Positions 56,217 through 64,000 of a stretch of 64,000 bases of DNA are shown in pieces (positions within the stretch are counted from its first letter, which is position 1; each line of letters opens with the position of its first letter). Origin of the DNA: an uncultured Candidatus Binatia bacterium (GTDB lineage: Bacteria; Desulfobacterota; Binatia; UBA9968; JAJDTQ01); assembly GCA_965213675.1 (NCBI GenBank), contig OZ243916.1, forward strand, positions 32,001 through 96,000. Reading direction: 5' to 3'. Below the pieces are notes generated by a model. That model searched no databases, was not told where the DNA came from, and was given only the letters and a program-made list of their open reading frames with translations. The translations under genes and the position numbers were made by a program.

Positions 56217-59200
56217 ATGCGTCTGAAGGCTCTGGAAATTTCCGGTTTCAAGTCGTTCGCCGAGAAGACTGTCCTGAACTTCACCTCGGATGTCACCGCC
56301 ATCGTGGGGCCCAACGGGTGCGGCAAGTCCAACATTGTCGACGCCCTTCGATGGGCCATGGGCGAGCAGAGCGCCCGGCATCTTCGCGGCCAGTCCATGG
56401 AGGACGTCATCTTCGGCGGCAGCGAGCGACTGGCGGCCATCGGCATGGCGGAGGTCACCGTCCTGCTCGACAACGCCGATCACAGCGCACCCTCCGACTA
56501 CGCCGCCTTCGCCGAGATCGCGATCACGCGGCGCCTGTTCCGCTCGGGTGAATCGGAATACTTCATCAACCGGGTTCCCTGCCGGCTGCGCGACATCGTG
56601 GACCTGTTCCTGGGCACCGGTATCGGCAACAAGTCCTATTCGATCATCGGACAGGGACGGGTGGAGGAGCTCGTCAACGCAAGGCCCGAGGATCGGCGCC
56701 GTGTCATCGAGGAGGCGGCCGGCACGAGCCGTTTCAAGAGCCGCAGGCAGGCGGCCGAACGGAGGATGGAGCGCACGCGCCAGAACCTGTTGCGCGTCAA
56801 CGACATCGTGCGCGAAGTGGATGGCCAGCTTCGCAAGATCGAGTTGCAGGCGAGGAAGGCGGAACGCTACCGGAACCTCAAGGAGCAGTTGAAGGAACAA
56901 GAACTGCGTTGGGCGGGCTTCCGCAAGGGCCAATTGGAAGGGGAGATTGCGGAACGCGGAGCGGCGATCCGTGCGGTCGAGGAACGCATCGCCTCGCTGA
57001 TGGCGACGATGCGGGGCCAGGAGGCGGAAGGCGAGCGGCTTCGCGCCGCGTTGCAGGAGGCGGAGGAGGCTGTCGGTGCGGTGCAGGAGCGGCTTTACCA
57101 GGCCAGATCCGCCCGCCAGGCCGAGGAGCAGCGGATCGGGTTCTTCGAACGCGCCCAGGAGGAGTCGCGCGAGTTCGCCGGCGCCGCGCGGGAGGAGGCG
57201 GTGCGGACCGCCGCGCGTCTTGAGGCCATTGCGAGCGAGGTCGAGGATCTGGGTCAGGCCGTCGATGAGTTCTCACGGGTTTGGCGACGGGAAGCCGAAC
57301 GGGTGGAGCGCACCGAGTCGGAGACGGAAGTCCTGCGCGCTCGGATCGGCGAGATCGAGGCCGCTGTTGAGCAGGAACGCGAGCGCCGGTCGGATCGAAT
57401 GTTCGAGCATTCCCGTCTTATCAACTCGCGCCAGAGCCATCAGGAACGGCTGGAGCGGCTGAGAACTGAGTCAGCGGAGAAGGAGAGCCAGCAGCGGTCC
57501 ATGGAACAGGCGCTGGAAGCGATGCGCCAGCAGCGCGCGCGCGAGGCCCGGGAGCTCGACGGTTGCATGACCCGTGCCGCCGCGCGGGAGGAGGCGCTGC
57601 GGCGCGCGGACACGGATCTGGAACGAAGCCGGCGCGAACTGGCCGAGGATGAGGCCGGCCTCGGCCGGTTGAAGGATGAGTTGCAGGCGGCGCGCTCCGC
57701 GCTGAGTTCTCTGGAGGTCCTGCAAAAGAACTTCGAGGGCTATCAGGAAGGCGTACGCGCCGTCATGGTCAACCATCAGAGCAACGGCGGCTCCGACGGG
57801 GTGTGCGGCGTGGTGGCGGATTTCATCGAAGCCCCTGAAGAGGTGGAACGGGCACTGACGGCTGTGTTGGGAGAGCGGCTTCAGTACGTGGTGGTGGAGG
57901 GACATCGAGAAGGGGTGGAGGCGATCGAGTATCTCAAGCGCGAATCAGCGGGGCGGGGTGGTTTCATCCCGCGCCGTTTCGAGCGCGGCAACTGTGCCGC
58001 GCCGGCCGCCCCGGCGGATGCCGATGTCGTCGCGCCGTTGCTGCGCCTCGTGCGGGTCAAGGAAGGGTACCGGGACGTGGCCGACTACCTGCTGGGTGAC
58101 GTGTCGGTTGTCAGGGACCTGGAATCGGGGTTGGGGCTGTGGCGCACCAACGGTTTCAGCCATTCGCTGGTGACTCTGGACGGCGAGGTCATCGACCCCA
58201 TGGGGGTGGTCACCGGCGGTAGCGTTGAGAGTCTGCAAGGGGGGCCGATCTCCCGTCGCCGCAGGATCAAGGAATTGCAGGGACAGGTTGTTTCCGGGGA
58301 AGAGCGGGCGCGGCGCGCGCGTGAAGGCGTAGCCGCGCGGTGCGCGAGCGTCGAAGCCATGGAGATGGAACGCCGGCGGCTGGGCGAGGAAGTCCAGGAG
58401 CTGGCGGTCACGAAGGTGCAGCGCGAGCAGGAACTGCTGCGCACGGACCAGACCGTGGCCCGCTCCGTGCGCGATCTGGAGACCTTGGCCCAGGAACTGC
58501 GTCACGTGGCGGACGAGATGGCCAGCCTGCACGACGCCGCTGCCGCATGCGATGCGGCCATTGCCGATGGTACCCGCGAGGAAGAGGTGTCGCGGTCGAG
58601 ATTGGACGTGATGCAGGGCGGCTTGCAGGAATCCGTCGAGGAGCTGCGCGCGGCCGACGGTTGTCTGACCGCATGCCGCGTGAGCGCGGCGGAGGCGAAG
58701 GAGAGGGCGGAGAATGCCAAGGCCAACCTCGCCAATCGGGTCAGCCAGCGCGAAGAACTTGCGGCGCAACTCCGGGAGCGCGAAAGGCGCACGGCCGAAA
58801 TGAGCCGGAAGGTTCAGGAGATGAGCGAGTCGCGCCAGCAGGCGGCGTTGCGGGTCGAAGCGCTGCGGGCGGAAGTCGATGGTCTCGAGGCCGAGGTGGC
58901 CTCGCGGCAGCGGCATCAACGGGAACTCTCCGGTCGCGCGCGCGCGGCGCAGGAGGCGGCTCATCGGATGCGCCCCGACGTGGACGCGTTGCAGGAGAAC
59001 CGCAACCAGCTTCACTTGCGCGAGCGCGAGCTATCCATGGAATTGGGCCATTTGGGCGACGACATCCGGGACAAATACGGCGTGGAGCTCCCGGATCCTC
59101 CCGCCGGACCGGACGATGGGCCGAGCGCCGGTGATCTGGCCGAACAGGTGGCGGAGTTGCGCGCGCGGCTGCAGCGCATGGGAGAGGTCAACCTCGCGGC

Positions 59201-59771
59201 CATCGGCGAATTCGAGGAGCTTGCGGAACGAAGCCGATTCCTCACCACGCAGCGGGAGGATCTCGAACGCTCCATGGCCGATCTGCAACAGACCCTCACG
59301 AAGCTCAACCGCATCTGCCGGCAACGGTTCAAGGAGAGCTTCGAGGAGATCAACCGGGAGTTCCAGGCGATCTTTCCCAAGTTGTTCGAAGGCGGCAATG
59401 CGTCGCTGGTGTTGACCGACGAGAACGACTATCTCGAGACCGGGGTGGACATCGTGGCGCAGCCACCGGGCAAGAAGCTTCAGTCGGTGGGCCTGCTGTC
59501 TGGCGGGGAGAAGGCCCTCACTGCCGTCAGCCTGCTCTTCGCCATCTTCCTGACCAAGCCCAGCCCTTTCTGCTTTCTCGACGAGGTCGACGCCCCGCTT
59601 GACGACGTGAACCTGGAGCGCTTTATCGACATGGTGAAAGAGATGACGCGTTTGTCGCAGTTCATGGTCGTCACCCACAACAAGCAAACCATGATGGCGG
59701 CGGACGTGCTCTACGGCATTACCATGGCAGATCCCGGGGTTTCGAAGGTCGTATCCGTTGAAATGGTTTAG
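56217..59771 (+). CDS. smc: chromosome segregation protein SMC
   Basis: GFKSFA, GPNGCGKSN, hinge, LSGGEKAL, LDEVDAPLD. Confidence 0.97.
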   Translation: MRLKALEISGFKSFAEKTVLNFTSDVTAIVGPNGCGKSNIVDALRWAMGEQSARHLRGQSMEDVIFGGSERLAAIGMAEVTVLLDNADHSAPSDYAAFAEIAITRRLFRSGESEYFINRVPCRLRDIVDLFLGTGIGNKSYSIIGQGRVEELVNARPEDRRRVIEEAAGTSRFKSRRQAAERRMERTRQNLLRVNDIVREVDGQLRKIELQARKAERYRNLKEQLKEQELRWAGFRKGQLEGEIAERGAAIRAVEERIASLMATMRGQEAEGERLRAALQEAEEAVGAVQERLYQARSARQAEEQRIGFFERAQEESREFAGAAREEAVRTAARLEAIASEVEDLGQAVDEFSRVWRREAERVERTESETEVLRARIGEIEAAVEQERERRSDRMFEHSRLINSRQSHQERLERLRTESAEKESQQRSMEQALEAMRQQRAREARELDGCMTRAAAREEALRRADTDLERSRRELAEDEAGLGRLKDELQAARSALSSLEVLQKNFEGYQEGVRAVMVNHQSNGGSDGVCGVVADFIEAPEEVERALTAVLGERLQYVVVEGHREGVEAIEYLKRESAGRGGFIPRRFERGNCAAPAAPADADVVAPLLRLVRVKEGYRDVADYLLGDVSVVRDLESGLGLWRTNGFSHSLVTLDGEVIDPMGVVTGGSVESLQGGPISRRRRIKELQGQVVSGEERARRAREGVAARCASVEAMEMERRRLGEEVQELAVTKVQREQELLRTDQTVARSVRDLETLAQELRHVADEMASLHDAAAACDAAIADGTREEEVSRSRLDVMQGGLQESVEELRAADGCLTACRVSAAEAKERAENAKANLANRVSQREELAAQLRERERRTAEMSRKVQEMSESRQQAALRVEALRAEVDGLEAEVASRQRHQRELSGRARAAQEAAHRMRPDVDALQENRNQLHLRERELSMELGHLGDDIRDKYGVELPDPPAGPDDGPSAGDLAEQVAELRARLQRMGEVNLAAIGEFEELAERSRFLTTQREDLERSMADLQQTLTKLNRICRQRFKESFEEINREFQAIFPKLFEGGNASLVLTDENDYLETGVDIVAQPPGKKLQSVGLLSGGEKALTAVSLLFAIFLTKPSPFCFLDEVDAPLDDVNLERFIDMVKEMTRLSQFMVVTHNKQTMMAADVLYGITMADPGVSKVVSVEMV

Positions 59772-59928
59772 CTGGCGTTTTTGATGTCGCCTGGCCAGGT
59801 CCGTTCCGGGCCTTCGCCGAGATCAGGACGGGCGTAGCGAAGTCGGACGCCGCCCGACCGCATCCGACGGACGGGTGGTGTTGCGTATTGCGCTGCTGTC
59901 TTGTCGGGCATTGCTGAGGTTCGTGTTC

Positions 59929-60837
59929 ATGGCTTGGAAGGAAGGGTTGTTTTCGCGTCTCAGCCAGGGTCTGTCGCGGACGCGGGAGGTGCTGGCCGGA
60001 CGCTTGGGGCATGTCCTGAACAGGACGAAGCCAACGGAGGAGGACTGGGAGGCCCTGGAAGAGGTCCTGCTGGGGGCCGACTTCGGCGTGCAGGCGACCC
60101 AGAGGTTGCTCGACTCGGTGCGAGCGTCTTCACGCGCGCGCAGCGGCGCCGAGCTGTTGCAAGAGGAGATCACCTCCCTGTTGAAGGAACGTCCGGGCAT
60201 CGGTTCCGGGCGTTACGCGGGGAAGCCTTGGGTGGTCATGGTGGTCGGCGTCAACGGCGTCGGCAAGACCACCACCATCGGGAAGCTCGCCCACCAGCTA
60301 AATCGCGACGGCAAGAAGGTGTTACTGGCCGCCGCTGATACGTTTCGCGCCGGAGCCATCGAGCAGATCGAGATCTGGGGCGAGCGGGCTGGATCGGAGG
60401 TCATCAAGCATGGCCCCGGACAGGATCCCTCCGGGGTGGTGTTCGATGCCGCGCACGCGGCTCAGAAACGCGCCGCGGACGTTCTGCTCATCGATACCGC
60501 GGGCCGCCTGCACAACAAGGTGAACCTGGTGGAGGAGTTGAAGAAGATGCGCCGCGTTCTCCGCCGGGTGCAGGAGGGGGCGCCGCACGAGACGTTGTTG
60601 GTGGTGGATGCGAGCACGGGGCAGAACGCGGTCATGCAGGCGAGGATCTTTCAGGAGGCGGTGGCCGTCAGCGGGATCGTGCTCACCAAGCTCGACGGCA
60701 CGGCCAAGGGCGGCGTGGTGTTGCGTATTCAGCAGGAGCTGGCCATTCCCATGGAATATGTCGGTGTGGGCGAAGGGATCGACGATTTGCAGGAATTCGA
60801 CGCGGACGCGTTTGCGCGGGCGTTTTTCGCCTCGTGA
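59929..60837 (+). CDS. ftsY: signal recognition particle receptor FtsY
   Basis: [35 protein letters not shown]. Confidence 0.97.
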   Translation: MAWKEGLFSRLSQGLSRTREVLAGRLGHVLNRTKPTEEDWEALEEVLLGADFGVQATQRLLDSVRASSRARSGAELLQEEITSLLKERPGIGSGRYAGKPWVVMVVGVNGVGKTTTIGKLAHQLNRDGKKVLLAAADTFRAGAIEQIEIWGERAGSEVIKHGPGQDPSGVVFDAAHAAQKRAADVLLIDTAGRLHNKVNLVEELKKMRRVLRRVQEGAPHETLLVVDASTGQNAVMQARIFQEAVAVSGIVLTKLDGTAKGGVVLRIQQELAIPMEYVGVGEGIDDLQEFDADAFARAFFAS

Positions 60838-60896
60838 GGGAAGGCGGCGCGGAAAGGGTTCATGACACCCGGCAGAATCGCGGTATCGCACGCTGC

Positions 60897-60926
60897 TTGA
60901 CATCGGCTTCCGGCAAATCCTAATCT
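60897..60926 (+). promoter_or_regulatory. sigma70 promoter upstream of zapB-zapA
   Basis: TTGACA-N18-TAATCT. Confidence 0.6.
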
Positions 60927-60954
60927 ATCAATTGAAGATTTGCTCGGTAGCCTC

Positions 60955-61182
60955 ATGGATCTCGAAAAACTGGAACAACTGGAACAGTGGGTGGATCGCC
61001 TGGTCGAGCAGCATCGACGGATGAAGCAGGCCAGGGTTGAAGCGGAAGTGTCCCTCCAGGAGCGGGACACGGATTTCAAGGGGCTGCACGAACGGATGCG
61101 ACGGTATGAGCGTGAACGCGCCGCGCTGAAGGAGCGCTTGACGAAGATCATCGGCCGGTTCGAGCACCTCGACCTTCCCTGA
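60955..61182 (+). CDS. ZapB-like coiled-coil cell division protein
   Basis: Short heptad coiled coil directly upstream of zapA. Confidence 0.7.
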   Translation: MDLEKLEQLEQWVDRLVEQHRRMKQARVEAEVSLQERDTDFKGLHERMRRYERERAALKERLTKIIGRFEHLDLP

Positions 61183-61197
61183 AGACATGGGGGCTTC

Positions 61198-61476
61198 ATG
61201 CCAAGGGCAGTCGACGTCCACATCCTGGGGCAAAAGATCACTCTCCGGAGTGACGATGAGGAAGAGTACATACGCCGGGTGGCGCAGTATGTGGATGGCA
61301 AGATGCGCGAGGTGGGCGAGTCCATGGCGTCCATGAACAAATACAGCGTCGCCATTTTCGTGGCGCTCAACATCGCGGACGAATACCACCGGCTGAAGGA
61401 GGATTGCGAAGCGGCTTCGACGCGGATGGACCGGTTGCTGGAGAGGTTGACGGCGGCGTTGTCCGAAGACGTCTGA
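61198..61476 (+). CDS. zapA: cell division protein ZapA
   Basis: V.ILGQ, VAQYVD.KM, AIFVALNIADE. Confidence 0.92.
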   Translation: MPRAVDVHILGQKITLRSDDEEEYIRRVAQYVDGKMREVGESMASMNKYSVAIFVALNIADEYHRLKEDCEAASTRMDRLLERLTAALSEDV

Positions 61477-61558
61477 CAGACTCCTTCCGCGGACGCCCGC
61501 GCGGAACGTCGCGCCAGGCATGGCAACGCGTTGCTTGGGAATCGCCGCGGGACTTGAC

Positions 61559-62170
61559 GTGAGTTCCCTGGAGAAGAACATGAAGCGGGTGCTCAGGGGC
61601 GCGATGCTGGCGAAAAGAAGGGTTCTGTCGCCCGTGCTGGCGCGCACCTGGGGACAGGGGATTCAGCGGCGCGCGGTAGCTTTGGCCGCATATACGGCCG
61701 CTCGGACGGTCGTTCTGTACAACCCGTTGGGCAACGAAGTCGAGACATCGGAGATCTTTCGGGACGCGCTGGCAGCCCGCAAGCGGCTGTACTACCCCAA
61801 GGTAACCGGCTGTGTCCCCGCCGTATGCCGCGTTCGGTCCAGGAGGGACCTTGTTCCCGGCAGGTACGGGCTACTTGAGCCGGAAGGAGATGAGGGGTTG
61901 CCCCGGGGCGCCGGTGCGCTCGCCGTGTTCGTCCCGGGGGTCGCTTTCGATACCCGCGGAAATCGCATCGGTCGCGGCGGCGGTTGGTACGACCGCTGGA
62001 TGCAGGGGCTGGGTGTGTGCGTGCCAAGAATCGCCTTGGCCTACGAATTTCAACTGCTTGAGGAAGTGCCTGTGGAGCGGGGAGATCTGCCGGTCCACAC
62101 CATCGTGACGGAGAACAGAGTCATTGTCTGTGATGGGTCGGAGCATCGCCAGGCGGAGCCCGACGTATAG
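61559..62170 (+). CDS. 5-formyltetrahydrofolate cyclo-ligase
   Basis: NEVET, YGLLEP, VPGVAFD..G.RIGRGGGWYDR; start uncertain (61520/61559/61580). Confidence 0.9.
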   Translation: MSSLEKNMKRVLRGAMLAKRRVLSPVLARTWGQGIQRRAVALAAYTAARTVVLYNPLGNEVETSEIFRDALAARKRLYYPKVTGCVPAVCRVRSRRDLVPGRYGLLEPEGDEGLPRGAGALAVFVPGVAFDTRGNRIGRGGGWYDRWMQGLGVCVPRIALAYEFQLLEEVPVERGDLPVHTIVTENRVIVCDGSEHRQAEPDV

Positions 62171-62210
62171 ATCTTCCCTACGTTCCCGGGTTTCCGGGAG
62201 GTAGCTTGTC

Positions 62211-64000
<1,790 letters not shown>

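Overview
High-GC bacterial chromosomal window. The housekeeping order (rng, smc-ftsY-zapB-zapA-5-FTHF cyclo-ligase-rny-tyrS, phoU-phoB-phoR) looks deltaproteobacterial/Binatota-like. A giant Calx-beta/FN3 autotransporter-type adhesin and an srp-type RiPP cluster suggest a marine sponge symbiont (inference). The centrepiece is a ~19.5 kb proteusin (NHLP-leader) RiPP cluster at 29091-48595. It encodes a 78-aa leader plus LCCCW core precursor, a YcaO cyclodehydratase, a flavin-dependent halogenase, an NHLP-type ABC exporter set and an MMPL/LolA-like/outer-membrane barrel trio. The precursor/YcaO/halogenase part matches my recollection of the sponge-microbiome srp clusters. The three remaining enzymes are the interesting part: (1) an NHLP leader fused to a class II terpene-cyclase-like domain with a DLDST motif, (2) a possible ABBA-fold prenyltransferase, and (3) an AlkB-type di-iron membrane oxygenase fused to a degenerate GlnE nucleotidyltransferase domain. 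Together these point to a brominated, thiazoline-containing, terpenylated peptide (hypothesis). Also present: two MITE families inserted at CTAG-like sites, an IS3 remnant, a Pho box, a sigma54 promoter in front of a sensor-less sigma54 activator, and a CoA-dependent catabolic gene group. No rRNA, tRNA or CRISPR array was seen. All family calls come from motif recognition by eye, not from database searches.
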